NCBI GenBank assembly: GCA_030295235.1
Contig: AP026134.1
Coordinates: 248,001 to 312,000 of the forward strand
DNA from: Fistulifera solaris
Lineage: Eukaryota
Length of the DNA stretch: 64,000 nucleotides
Direction of reading: 5' to 3'
In this document: piece by piece, positions 37,201 through 50,525 of the stretch
Layout of the letters: each line of letters begins with the position of its first letter
How positions within the stretch are numbered: the first letter of the stretch is position 1
Position numbers and translations under genes: made by a program
The notes under the pieces: model-generated
The model's input: only the letters and a program-made list of their open reading frames with translations
What the model was told of the DNA's origin: nothing
Databases searched by the model: none

Positions 37201-37272
37201 TGATGTAGCAATGTAGAGATAGAAACAAGATAGATACAATTGACTTGTGTACATTGTTAATACGTAAGCAAG

Positions 37273-38166
37273 TCAAAATGCCAACACCACGACCACTTTT
37301 GTGCAATCATACAATAATCTTTGAGACTTGATTTCATGTTTCGTCATTTGTGCATAAAGCCAGTCCAAGTAATATGGTTGAAACGATATTCGTCGGGCCA
37401 CACGACTGTCAGTGCCCAACAAGTGAGGCTTCAGCAACCCAACGGCTTGGACTTGCACGGGTAACGTCTCCCACTCAACGACATGTTCCGCATGTTGGGA
37501 AGCAAAGGTACAGACGGGATTGTACAATACAAAGTATCTCGAAACATCGTGTTCCATAGCCAACGACGAAAAAAAATACCGAGTCTCGTTTTGGGTTTTG
37601 CTGGAGAAATTCGGCAAACGCATCGTCGTCTGTTTGGATGAGTTGTTTCGCGACAATTTACTCACACACGCCGTCACACGAGATGAATCTTGTTGGTCAA
37701 TTTTGCTTCATTGGAAACCACGGTTGGTGCGGCCATGGGATCCCAATGAAAATTGAATTCAAGTGCCGGTTGCTCTCGATGAGGATGATTGCCTGCCTCC
37801 CATGATCCATATCGATTGTATTTTGCTACTCAGGTCACACTGAGTGAACCAAAATGAGATTACCTTTGTCAATGGTCCCAAGCATATTAGGTTTACGCTA
37901 TTTGTCGGCACTCTCCAACAAATGGTTTCGGATTATAGTCCAGGCATTCGGAGTAGAACTGTTTTTTTTGGAAGTCCATGCATTGCTTGCAATAAGGATG
38001 CGACCGTATTCGATCGGTAGTCTCGTAGCCAATCAGGAATCATCAAATTAACTTTTTGACTATCGAGTCCCACTGCAATATCGAGCGAAGAAAACAAAAC
38101 ACCACCGACGGTCGTATAACAATGCAAGGTTTTGATAGACATTGGTATGGGCAAGAAATCATCCAT
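37273..38166 (-). CDS. Hypothetical protein (fragmented by introns/frameshifts)
   Basis: Consecutive same-strand ORFs 37933-38166 and 37273-37677 with protein-like composition. Confidence 0.4.
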
Positions 38167-38713
38167 ACCGGCATCGGTGTCTATGATCTAGGATGATGTA
38201 GTTGTCATCGCTAAAGGACGGTTTACTTCCTCGGATATACATTCCACTACTTGTTAGATGATCCGTGTTAGTTTTGCATGGGGGGGCAGTGTTTTTTTAG
38301 AGTGAGTTTTTTTTTTTTTCCTTCTTCTCGTTTGCTTGTCGACTGAGGTTACGCGTTCAGCGCAAGAGGATCATCCGGCGCAACACATTTCAATAAGCAA
38401 ACGTCTTTTATGGTTAAAGAAAACAAGTTCTACTTTTGTACTGATATATTCTTCATTGAATGGGGCACTGGTCACGCAGGCATAGCCAAACGTCATGTTG
38501 TGTTTTCGTTTGCATTACTCCGTATTATTTCATCTCGATCAACAACAACAATAATAATAACAGCACGACGTTCATCTCATTCATTGCGTTCAACTATTTC
38601 TTCTAATCAACCCTTGCAGAGTGAACAAATCTTAGAGAAAGGTAATTTTGAAAGAAGGATTGTAAATAGCAACAGCAATCGCGGAGATCAACACGTCGGC
38701 TTTGTCGTTTACC

Positions 38714-41700
38714 ATGGATTCCTCCGGTATAAATCATCATGACTACGATGATTTGGGTCTCGACAATCTATTGACCTGTTCTACCCGATTACTCAATGAC
38801 GACGACGATGATGATGATGAACGATACGTTCCCGAATCGTTAGCTTCATTTGTACACGCCTTTGATGCAGCCTTGGAAGAAGCGAAACAAAACTTTTTCG
38901 AAACCATCGCGTCGCCCCGACCCGCCATTGAAGAGGAAGACTGGAATCGTACTCCGTTACCGAATCCGGCAAATCAAATTACGGTCAGTGCGGCGAAACG
39001 GGAATTGCAAATTTTTACAATACCGCGGCCGGTCGATCCGCCTTCGGTCACAACATCCACTCCGTTCAAAACGACTCATAATTCGATGGGAGATGTAATG
39101 AGCACCATCAGTCCGATTGTGGCGTCGCCGCAAGGCACTCCAGCGCGCCAAAAACTTTTTAAATCTCCGAATTTGGCAGGGGATCAAGCAATGAAACAGG
39201 ATTCATCGGAAGCGATCGCCTCCAAAGGATCCTCGAGTCCTACCTGGTCGGGCATGTCCGCCGCGAGTAAACGAAGGACGCAATTTATCAAGGCACGAAA
39301 GGCATCTAAGCGAGCCACTCCGGAGCCATCGAAAATCAAAGAAAAAGACGAGACGACTAGTCTTTCCGCCATGAAACCTTCCGGTCTGCGGTCGAGAATG
39401 ATGAAAGCGAGTCGAGCGAAAAGGCAGGAAGAGCAGAGAGAAGAGGAGAATAGTCTGGAGACAAAGGCATCGAGTATGGATTCACCGAGGGTTGACACTA
39501 CGTGTAATGCTGCGGTAAATAGTGATGTGGCACAGGTTTCAGCAACGTCATCTTTAGGTGGGGGTGTTACAATGGGTGATTCATTGACGAGTGATGATGA
39601 TGACAATATTTTGACCCACGAACCAGTCACGAAAATGACACCGTCTGCCCACGTAACGGAGCCTACGATGGACGATTCTGTCGCCGAGACTGCAATGGAC
39701 GAATTACGGGCGAATCAAATGGTGGAGACACCAGTTGTTGCACCGTCCGGAGACGTCGGAGACACCACTATGGTCGATTATTCTGATGATGATAGTACGA
39801 CGGCGTCCCCAGTCGCGGAATCAACACCAACCCACTTCAACAGCTCCAAGCAGACCCCAGTCTTGGAAACAAAGCCAACCGACTTCAGTAGTACGATGCA
39901 GACCCCGGACGCGGAAACGCGTCCAACCGACTCTGAACAGCACGATGGGCGATTCGCTGACGCTTGATGCGGTAGAACCGACGAAGTCCCCAGTTGCGAC
40001 GGCGGCGCCTTCCGGAACAGTTTTGGACGTAAGGGTGGACGATTCGCTACTGAGTGATGATGTTACCACAACGCAATCTTCCGCAGCGACAAGGACACCA
40101 TCAGAGCAAGCAGAGAGCACCCCTAAGGACCAAGCTTCGACTATTGGTAGTATAACGGCAAGTGTTTTAACCACGAAAAGACCTCCATCGGATAAAGCCC
40201 AGACGAGCACGAGAGTTGGTTCCTCAACAATTACAAATGCCGTTACGCAGACACCAGTCGCGAAAAGAATTTCACCAGAGAAAGTTGTTTCAGGTGCAAA
40301 GGGTTCTTCGCCGAGTATTGCAAGGATGACACAAGCACCAGTGGCGAAACGATCGCCACCCCGTAAAGCCACAGCCAGCACGAAAGTTCATTCTACGACG
40401 AGTGACACGTCCATGACGCAGCTTCCGGTTGCGAAAAGAGCACCATCTGTTAACGTTGGCCGATCTGTGAGAGTCGAAAGTCGAGACAAGGAAAACCGAA
40501 ATACAACTGTGTCAAACAGAATAAAAAAGCCGACGCTTGATGAAAAGATTGCGGCCGCTAGGGAACGTGCCAGGCTGAGGAGCTTAGAGAAGGAAACCTT
40601 ACTTGCGGAGAAAATTGCATCGAAGTCGAAGCCATCCAAAATAGTGTCGGTTCAACCTGTGGAAAATGAGCGCCTGCGTCGTTTCGCTATGAAAGTAGCC
40701 CCGGTCTCCTCTAAAACTAGGGTGGCAAAACCAAGAGTTACAATACCTCAGTCACCGAACTTCGCTACGAATATCAAGCTTGGTACCAGAAAGCCGGCCC
40801 CGCCCACCTTTGCACAAGTCAGCCTCGCTCAAAGTACCGATGTCTTACGAAAGAATTTGCGGAGTCAGGAATCAGTTCCACAAGTCAGACGAGCTGGTCT
40901 CACTATCCCCAAAACACCTAAATTTGCAACAAATACTCGCCTCAAACCGCGCTTTATTACACCTGGAGCCAGGGCTGGTATTGTGACGCTGGCACAGAGC
41001 AATGATGTGCTTCGGAAAGGACTACGTGCTATGACGGCTCCGGTCTCTAAGCGGCCAAACGGGCTCACTATTCCCAAATCGCCAAAATTTCAGACAATGA
41101 CGAAGCGTGCACTGCCACAAAGCGCGGCGGAAAAAGACACAGAAATTATGAACTACTATCAGTCCCATCCTTTCAAAGCTGCACCCATTATCAAAGAGCT
41201 TCCACGAGGCAAGCCAAAAGTCATCCCACCACGCAACCAACGGCGTTCGTCAGTTAGTGTCGCACCCAGCTTGCGTGCCGGTAGTCGGGTTCCTATTGCA
41301 GCTCATCCGCCACACGCATCAAGCAAAGAAGACAGCGAGAACACGCAGTTCAAGTTTCAGGCACGTCCTATGCCAGATTTCTTTCGACACAGTACCAGCA
41401 TCCTCAAAGCTACGAACAAGAAGCCCCAAACACAACCTATCCCATTTCGTTTGTCACCGAGTCTTACTAGTCCAGGAAAGACCCGTGATAGATCAGGGGA
41501 AGTAAGCGAAACGAAATTTCGTGCGAGACCTCTACCAAAAAGTACGTACGAGTATCAACCTCCTCCAAAAACTCCACCTCGCGTTACGAATGACGCAAAA
41601 GCCCCCGATCTCGCTACAGCGAAACGCACTATCAAGCATGATGCGGTTATTCAATTGTCTCGGGCTCGTGCAGAAGCGTTGTCTGCTGAAAAGGTAGAGT

Positions 41701-42350
41701 TGCAAGAGGCACGAAAACGCGAGCAGCATACAAAAGCTTTGAAGAAGTCTGAATTTGCGAGCCATCGTATCATTCCGAATATTGACAACATCAAGCCTTT
41801 CGAGTTGCAAAGTACAAAGCGACACGAACTTTACTTGAAGCAACGAGAAGAGAAGAAAAGGCGAGAGGAAGAAGAACGTCTTAAGCACATGGAATTCCAT
41901 GCGCGCTCATTTCACCCTTCACCCGCCCCATCGCCAATTCAATCGCCGAGAACTCCGACGCAACCGGAACCGTTCAATATCTCGGGGATGGGATCTGTCG
42001 AGGCCGAAAAAGCAGCGGCTAGGGAAAAATTACGACGCAAAGTGGAGGAACGAAAGTCTAAAGAGCAAAAATTGCCATTTAAAGCAAGACCCGTGCCTTC
42101 CAGTACCTACACTTCACCGTCGAGTTTGGCGTCCAGGACATCGCCCCAGGTCTCGTTTCGTGCATGCAGAACACCAACGCGCGCTTCACCAGCACAGTCC
42201 TCCTATTGCAATGATTCCCCGAGTGACCTATCTGATTCACGTGATGTGAATGATGATGAAATTGAGATTGAGTTCACGGAATCTGACGCTCGGGACACTG
42301 AAATCGACCATTTCTTCACCAACTTGATGAATGCTGAAAGTCGTAGATAA
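38714..42350 (+). CDS. Large TPX2-like microtubule-associated protein (frameshift ~39950)
   Basis: Repeated TIPxSPxF, FKA(A/R)P and FxARPxP motifs; S/T-rich N-terminal half. Confidence 0.65.
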
Positions 42351-42360
42351 AACTGTGATG

Positions 42361-43305
42361 CTACTTAAAGTAACAATACATTCGACTAGCGTCATACTCG
42401 GCTCTGTATTTCATGATTACCCCTTCCTTGACCATCTTGGCATCCGGTGCACTCTCATCGGGATGTGCGATGACAAACATCATGCGATCAAAACGACGCA
42501 GTTTGCGCTGAATTCCTTCTTCGGCCCAGCGGTGGAGGAGGAATTTCTCGGGAGTATAGCGGGGTCGGGACAATTGTTTCGCATAAGATTTCGGCTTTTT
42601 CAACACAGGGGGTAGTATATTGAGTACATCCAGGATATCATGACGGCTGGCAACGACATGACGATCCGTGACCCCTTGAAAATCTTCGCCACGAGGGACC
42701 CAGACGTAGGCAGGATTGAACGAACGGAGATCGTGTTTGCACAGATAAAAATGATCTGGTCGTGTCACGACAAATCGATCGTATTGGGAAGTAAGCTTCT
42801 GGAGCTGTTGCGCTAGAAAGTATCGCAAGGAAAAGATGATGGCACCGTGGCCGGGAATGTTCTCGATGCCTCCCAAAATCGTGTTCAAACCACCATTGCC
42901 ATCCTTATAAATATCAAAGAGTGGTTTTCGCCAAGAATCACTGTTGCCATTCATCAAATCGAGTGCTTTCGTCCAGTCTTCATAGTCGGGAATCCGCCAC
43001 ACGTACTTCGCTCTCGTAAAAAGTGAGGCATTTTGGTAAAGAGGAGGAATTTCCTCGAACGTAAGAACGGCTAGATCGGCTCCATTGACATCCAGGACGT
43101 TTTCATACAACGACTGCCAGGCTTTTTCATCTCCGCGGATCCGTCCCATAACCGTGACGAGCGTTTTGCCGTGCTGTGGCTGAGTATTGGCAAAATTTGG
43201 TACCCTTCGAGTGTTCCAAAGGACCCCCAAGGAGAGGAGCAACACCATGATCCATGTGCGACATGGATAACTCGAGCGGCCAGCAGATGAGATGATACGT
43301 TTCAT
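42361..43305 (-). CDS. Type II membrane hypothetical protein (glycosyltransferase-like)
   Basis: N-terminal TM; YDRFVVTRPDHFY and GEDFQGVTDRH. Confidence 0.6.
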   Translation of the reverse strand: MKRIISSAGRSSYPCRTWIMVLLLSLGVLWNTRRVPNFANTQPQHGKTLVTVMGRIRGDEKAWQSLYENVLDVNGADLAVLTFEEIPPLYQNASLFTRAKYVWRIPDYEDWTKALDLMNGNSDSWRKPLFDIYKDGNGGLNTILGGIENIPGHGAIIFSLRYFLAQQLQKLTSQYDRFVVTRPDHFYLCKHDLRSFNPAYVWVPRGEDFQGVTDRHVVASRHDILDVLNILPPVLKKPKSYAKQLSRPRYTPEKFLLHRWAEEGIQRKLRRFDRMMFVIAHPDESAPDAKMVKEGVIMKYRAEYDASRMYCYFK

Positions 43306-43644
43306 ATAGCAGAGAACAAGCTACCTAACTTCAATCGTCACTTTTCTTTTGATTGTATCTTCTCGTCATGATGATGTCGTCATGGTCATAATTACCTACT
43401 GTAGTTATTCATTCATTCCATCGGGTGGTAAAAACGAAAAAACCCGTGAACCGACGTGTCGCAGTGTGAAATAATAGGGTGTAGCGCAACCTTGGCCAGT
43501 ATAGAAATTGAAGAACCATAGAAAGATACAGACATGTAGCACAAAAAGGAGGACAGGCGTGCGAAAGGCGCCAGTCGAGCCATTCATCCAAATTTTCGTT
43601 GTCGTTGTCACACACTGCCACTCCAGTCCACCAGCAACGCCATC

Positions 43645-45608
43645 ATGAAGGAATCCATGCAAATCTTCGATAACGATCTGAGAGAAGACTCTCGGGAATG
43701 GAAGGCGACGAAAGCTTGTCTCATATCGCATCTTCCCCGCTATCGCGCTATCTGGCTGGCCTACGCGAACCGTGAAGAAGTGATGGAGGAGAATGTGGCG
43801 TACGAAGCCGATGATGAAATGGTGGTGTGTTGTGACAAACAGAATTGTTCTTGCAAAATATCGTCTTTTCTTCCTCAAGAGTTGTTGGAAATTAAAGTTA
43901 CCAATCAAGAGAGTTCAGATGCCCTGTCCGAGTCGGAATGGGACGAGGCATCGCAAGCTAGCGCGGCTGCAGAATCATCATCATCATCGAGTTCGGAGGA
44001 TACGGAATCGTCGGGAGCCAGCACGTGTGTGGCATTTGACGTGTCATTTCTTCCTTCACCGACTGGATCATCTCCTACGAATGACAATTTGTCACAATCG
44101 AGACCAACAAAAACTGACGTTCTGGAGCTACTGGATTCTACTAGCCTTAGTGACGATTGCAGCGACAAAGAAAATGCTTTCGCCGGCAATCCATTGAATC
44201 TTTCACAAAAACCAGAGATTATCGTTATCGACTCCGACGATGAACTTGAACCAGTTTTACAACCATCGAAGTATGTGCAAGGCGACAACGCACAGCAAGG
44301 CACCGAGCGAAGGGCTCATCATCAACAGTCTTCCTATGACAGCCGCTGCAGTGAGATCGAATACGAATCGCTGAAGAAAATGAATAAAAGATGGGGACCC
44401 AACGTCGCACACGCGTTGTAGTTGAATCTTCGGACGACGATAGTACTTCGTCATCGGCATTGAAACATTCGATTACCAGAAAGTCTATGGGGAAAAATCA
44501 ATTCATTATTGACAGCGATAATGAGGATGAGGATGATATCCGTCTAGATACTGAAGACGAAAGGCAAGCGAATAAGTTACTGGGAAAAATCAAGGCGTTG
44601 AGCATACGGAAGTCAAAGGAGAACGACGATACGTTCCGTAAAAAATCGCTTCGTAAAATGAAATATGATCTCGTCGATAGTGACGATGAAGGAGCAGATT
44701 CCTCGAGTAAAACTTCACACGAGGAGACCCGTCGAGACACCGTTCGGAAAGCAACGGAAACCAAAGTCCGCCGAAGGAAAGATTCGTTTATTGTCGATTC
44801 GGATGAGGAGGATCAGAGTGAAGACAGCGACGTATTCAGTTACGGTAATGACAAACCCTCATCTTTTGGTGTTCGACACGACAAAGATCGTAAACTGAAC
44901 AACCGCGATAAAATGACCAAATCTACTTTTCGTCGCACGCGGGAACAGTTAGCTCAGGAATTTTTCGTACAGTTCGATAAAAAGGTGTTTGATGGGAAAT
45001 TGTCGGCAGACACGAAGGTCGTCTGGTCAAACAAGCTGCGAACAACGGCTGGTTTAACTCGCCTGAAAGCACAGCGTCAGGGCAAAGAAATCATCGGTCG
45101 TTCTGCCGTGGTTGAGTTAAGCACAAAAGTGCTCGAAGATAGTCAACGACTTCGTGCGACGTTAATGCATGAGCTTTGTCACGCCGCCCAATGGTTGGAA
45201 GATGGCGTTTCGAAACCACCCCACGGTGAGGTCTTCAAGAAATGGGCGAGACTGGCAACGCGTCGGATGCCAGATATTCCTGTTACCGTCAAACACGACT
45301 ATGAGATCTCGTTCAAATATACCTGGAAGTGTGTGCAGTGCAATGGTTTGCTGAAACGACACAGTCGCAGTGTCGATGTTCAAAAGCACGTCTGCGGACG
45401 CTGCCGGGGTCGACTCGTCGAAGTAGAGGCCGATGGAACAAAGAAAGCGAGTGCTCCCGCGCGTCCCCCTTCCGCTTACAATCAGTTTATCAAAGACAAC
45501 TCCGCTAACGTTCGACGCGAGCTGGAGAAAAGGCAAACGGAGAAAGTCACGCAAGCGCAAGTCTTGAAGCATTGTGCTCGACTTTGGAAGGAACAAAGTC
45601 AGAGCTAA
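43645..45608 (+). CDS. SprT-like metalloprotease with acidic N-terminus and C-terminal HMG-box-like region (GCNA/ACRC-like); frameshift ~44390
   Basis: WSNKLRTTAG, TLMHELCHAA (HExxH), HGEVFKKW, CxxC..CGRC and SAYNQFIKDN. Confidence 0.85.
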
Positions 45609-45804
45609 TACTGGGATTCAAATAAAATACTAGGACTGACTTGACAAACTGTAAATGAACACGGGATATTGTGCCATATTGTATCTTTCACTACGTTCAA
45701 CATAGTATCGTATTGAGGCAGATAATAAAAAGCCGATCGTACTGAGAAGCTCTTTGGTCATTCAATCAATAAAGTTAGCACAACAATACACAAGGAAGAA
45801 AGAC

Positions 45805-46604
45805 TTAATCGACTCGTTGCTCCTCCATATCCGTGGCACGAACCGCCGTTCCTTTTAGGACATTGGCTTGGGTGACCGTGACGGTACCATCCGGATTGTG
45901 AGTTCGTTCGTAGGTCACTTCTTGGGTTTCCGGAGGCGGACGACGATCCCGCACGGGGGCACCGGAAATCAACATGGTCGCTCCCGCGAGGAACCACAAG
46001 ACAATCCCAAACACATTCGCCGTCGCGCCACTGTTCCACTGACAACTACCGTAATCACCTTCCCTGAAGATTGGCGAGTTGTTCGAGCACAATTCACTGC
46101 GGAGCATGAAAAACGTGAGTCCCTGAAAGAGCGGTAAAATCACCATATAAAGACCCGCGAGTTGGTTCCAACTTGTTTGGCTCAGTCGATGACAGAGTGA
46201 ACCAAATATCGCGGCGAGAATGGCAAATCCACCAATCAGGAGTGTGAGGCACCCAAACGCCCGGGCCGTCTTCCATTCCGCGTCATAATTTAGGTCGTCA
46301 TGATAAAAGCAACCCACTTTCGTGCGATAATTGTTGTTGGGGAATTCTTCGACATAATATTGTTTCTCCGTAAAGAGACTGAATTCTACCGTGGGTAAAC
46401 TGGAGTCGTTCATGGGCTTGATTTGCACTGATTCGCAATAAAATGTAAAGAGAGCGGAGCAACCAAATGCTGCCACCGCCAGTAGAATGGGGAAACTGAA
46501 CAAAAAAAGAAATTAGTGAAAGTAAGGAACGAATCCAGAACGCTTTATTGCTTTCGGATCGCATCACGATTGACTTACAATGTCTTGAAGACTGCCGAGA
46601 ACAT
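45805..46604 (-). CDS. Four-TM claudin-like membrane protein, copy 1 (1 intron)
   Basis: WKTARAFG, LFQGLTF and CQWNSG; short first exon followed by GTAAGT. Confidence 0.7.
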
Positions 46605-47053
46605 GCTGCCACTCTTTTTTTCTTTCAATCGTCAGCTAAAAGATAGGCTTTCTGGTTTGTCTAGGTAATGAGGAAGCACAACCGAATGGAAATCGTTTGA
46701 TTGATTATTCTATTCCAATGGAACCAGAACACGAAGCATCACCATTTTAGCACGAGCGCGGCGCAGGTGGAGAATTATGTCTTTCTTGCGGTCAACTTTA
46801 TTTTTGAGAGTCCTTGTATTTGCAAAACTCTAATCACGCGTTCGCATCGTGCGTCGGAGCTCGTGATAATTCGTGTACCTGGTAACCTTAACCGATAATG
46901 AACACAACCATTTTGTAGATTTTTGAGCTAAAACTTTGTTTCTAGCACGAACACTCATCCGTGTACTATCAAAACATTTTTATTTCTAATTCAATTTACA
47001 CAACACGTATTGACGAAAAAAAGAAAACGACGACGAAATTTCAGAGCAAAAGC

Positions 47054-47831
47054 TCAATTGGACGGATGTTCCTCCGTGTCGGCGCCGGGGGCGGTTCCTT
47101 TCACAACATCCACTTCATTGACACCTCCGTTTTCCGTTTGCTCGTAGGTGACTTCATGCGTTGCAGCTGGCTTATTGGATGTCTCACGAACGGGCGCGCC
47201 CGCGAACAGCATGGCGGCACCCGCGAGGAACCAGAGGATAACACCACACACATTCGCCGTCGAGCCACTATTCCACTGACAGCCACCGTAATCACCTTCC
47301 ATAAAATCAAAGATTTGAGAATTTTCCGAGCAAAGTTCGCTTTGCAACATTAAAAAGGTCAGTCCTTGGAATAACGGTAGAATGACCAGATACAGCCCCG
47401 CCATGGCTTTCCACATCGAGTCACTGATGGGATAACAAAACGGCCCAAAGATCGATGCAATAATGGCCAGTCCACCGAGAACGATCGTCATGATGCCAAA
47501 CGCGCGGGCCGTTTTCCATTTCGAGTCGAACGGATAGTCTTCATCGAAGTAAAAGCAACCCGTCTTGACTTTGTAGTTGTTATCGGGGAACTCCTGAATG
47601 TAATATCGTTTGGTGGTGTAGAGACCGAATTCCACCGTCGGCAAACTCGCGTCGGTTATCGACTCGACTTGGACCGACTCGCAGAAAAAGGTAAAGAGAG
47701 CCGAACACGTGCAGGCGGCGACAGCGAAAATGGCCGGAAAACTACCACGGGGGTGAGCGAATAATCGAATGATACTGCACTTTGACTCGCGACAGCTCTC
47801 TCACTTACACTACCTTGGCGTCCGAACACAT
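47054..47831 (-). CDS. Four-TM claudin-like membrane protein, copy 2 (tandem paralog)
   Basis: High similarity to 45805-46604 with the same intron position. Confidence 0.7.
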
Positions 47832-48518
47832 GATTGTTCTATTTGTAGAATGGTAGATGGATGATTGACTTGCGTTTGTTTGCTTTTTTTATCTTGCTTC
47901 GTTGCTTCTTATTGTCATGAAAGGCATCGACGAGCGGCGAATAACCGCGAAAAGGAACAGTACAACCAGGTACTACGTACCAAAGGAGCACTTTTGCTTG
48001 TTCAGGGTACCTGGTACCCCCAAAATGGGTACCGGATACGACACTCTCACAAGCCAGTCTTCCCGTATTATGACCTAGACAGTAGGTGAAAAATTAGCCC
48101 CTAGAGCGTTGAAAAGTCCTTTACTCAACGGAACTTCGTCCGTTCAACCCCGGTCTCCCGTGACTTGATGGGGTACCTCGCCGAGAATAACACGAGGTAC
48201 CCCCGTTGAAAGTTGGAAATGTCAGCTCCCCCACTTTCACAAAGGTTATTGGCTTAGCGTGCGCCTTCCGAGGTGTCTGTTTTCTGCTTTCTGATTTAGT
48301 CCAGTCATTGGTCTTGACTTTGTAGAAGTGATGCAGTCGTTAACATCTTTTGAAAAATGCAAAAGTTATTACTTTCAGTTTACAAAGTACATTTGCTTCG
48401 AGTTGGTAACCAAAAATGTTTGCGTCTGTGCTGGATCATGAACCGGCGCACAACCATGGTAAAACTTGTACGCCGGCTTGTAAGCTGGTCAGTTTTTAGT
48501 CCAGTCTTGAGTGACTTA

Positions 48519-48852
48519 CCCAGATTTTCTGTAAGAATGAAAATACCCATTGTCCAGAATTTCTGACACACTCGCTTTTCTGCATGAATGATGTCCACTT
48601 GCTTCATAGTTCCTGGTGTACCCAGATATTCAGATTACAGCAGATACATAATTTCTGGACCAACCGAGATTTTCTGTATTACGGAGTAAGGAATTACGAC
48701 TGGTCCAGATTTTCTGGATCGCCCCAGATTTTCTGTATGAATGAAAATCACCTTCCGCCAATTTCTGTATCGCCCCATATTTCGCATATTTACGAAATAC
48801 AACTGGTCCGGAATACCTAAAATGCCCAGATTTAGAACGCTACGCCAGATTA
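48519..48852. repeat. Cluster of degenerate CCAGATTTTCTG(G) repeats
   Basis: Roughly 8-10 variant copies, including a ~30-bp near-duplicate at 48519 and 48723. Confidence 0.7.
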
Positions 48853-49040
48853 GGCACCGCCCTACCACCCATTCCGATGATGCTTACGCCGGCACACGAT
48901 CCTCTGTAATTTCAGTCCAGTCACAGCTTTCTGCATTTCGACGAGTCCCAAATGTCCTATCTACAAGTTTACATTGCATAAAATTTGGTACAATTCAAAT
49001 AATTCAACGAACTTGCTAAATCCTTATTGACTAATACCAT

Positions 49041-49495
49041 CTAAATTTCCGTTTCCCAACCTATCAACTCATTTTCCTGAATGGCTATCAATTTGCAGAC
49101 TACCGACCCCTTCTCTTCATCGTCCTTAAAATCTTTAGCATATTCACGCAACCTCTTTAGGTTCTGCTTTGCCATTTGTTCAGCAATGATGAGGTTTTTC
49201 CCAGCAATTTCATGTTTGGTCCCCTTTCTGGTCGCTTTAGGTGCTTCTTTGGAGTTATCCTTACGAAGTTGCGCATAGTTGACTTTTCTCTCATCACCCC
49301 ATTCCAATCCCGACTTTGGGACAATCCATTCCGCAAACTTGTCATCAATTGATCTAAGATGATCTCTGATTCGTTGACGTGCGCCTTAGTTCTGACCTTT
49401 AAAGTTTGAGAATCCTACATCCCTCCATTACTTCCACGAAAACCTTCTTGTCAACTTTTCTTATTTTAATGACTCCTTCCCAATCTATTGTCATT
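49041..49495 (-). pseudogene. Decayed paralog of cargo ORF 50526-51682
   Basis: GQN*GARQRIRDHLRS...WIVPKSGLEWGDE...AKQNLKRL aligns by eye with GPNAKNQRAQIRRHYRD...FVVPQSGLERGEK...ALQNLEKM; in-frame TAA present. Confidence 0.7.
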
Positions 49496-49589
49496 GTGGA
49501 TTCTAAAACATGGTATCATTCAATTGTTGCGCCAATTTTTGGAAGCCCGGTACTTGTAACGTATTCGAAAGGCCTGCTAGAGTGGTTCC

Positions 49590-50487
49590 ACCGGCTCATA
49601 CGCCGGCGTACAACCCAACCGGGTTACTTGTACGCCGGCGCATGCGCCGGTCCAACTTCCGTCCAGTCACGCCTAACGTGGTCAGCCTACGTTCATTAAG
49701 TGTCTGCTTGCAAGCTGGTACACCGCAATTTTTTTCCTCTAGCTTTGATCATTCGATTTCTGAATAGACAGTTATACTATTTGTGTTGCCACTACCCTCA
49801 AAGCGGGTTTCAGTTTCCTCCTCTAATTTTTCACGTTCTAGCACGCTTCAACCGGCTCATACTCCGGCGTACAACCCAACCGGGTTACTTGTACGCCGGC
49901 GCATGCGCCGGTCCAACTTCCGTCCAGTCACGCCTAAAGTGGTCAGCCTACGTTCATTAAGTGTCTGCTTGCAAGCTGGTACACCGCAATTTTTTCCCTC
50001 TAGCTTTGATCATTCGATTTCTGAATAGACAGTTATACTATTTGTGTTGCCACTACCCTCAAAGCGGGTTTCAGTTTCCTCCTCTAATTTTTCACGTTCT
50101 AGCACGCTTCAACCGGCTCATACTCCGGCGTACAACCCAACCGGGTTACTTGTACGCCGGCGCATGCGCCGGTCCAACTTCCGTCCAGTCACGCCTAAAG
50201 TGGTCAGCCTACGTTCATTAAGTGTCTGCTTGCAAGCTGGTACACCGCAATTTTTTCCCTCTAGCTTTGATCATTCGATTTCTGAATAGACAGTTATACT
50301 ATTTGTGTTGCCACTACCCTCAAAGCGGGTTTCAGTTTCCTCCTCTAATTTTTCACGTTCTAGCACGCTTCAACCGGCTCATACTCCGGCGTACAACCCA
50401 ACCGGGTTACTTGTACGCCGGCGCATGCGCCGGTCCAACTTCCGTCCAGTCACGCCTAACGTGGTCAGCCTACGTTCATTTAGTGTC
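49590..50487. repeat. 261-bp tandem repeat, ~3.4 near-identical units, each with a hairpin and a 16-bp palindrome
   Basis: Near-identical ORF-track entries start every 261 bp (49700, 49961, 50222); CCGGCGCATGCGCCGG in each unit. Confidence 0.97.
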
Positions 50488-50525
50488 GTTCAAAATAGTA
50501 TTATAATGGTTCGTTAGCCATGTCT

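Noticed and set aside
49590..50487. CRISPR array, or repeat-encoded proteins (86/81-aa ORFs; a minus-strand frame interrupted only by TGA)
   Set aside because: Units are identical with no unique spacers and no cas genes; the ORFs start at non-ATG codons; the TGA-only pattern does not continue outside the repeat and neighbouring genes use the standard code.
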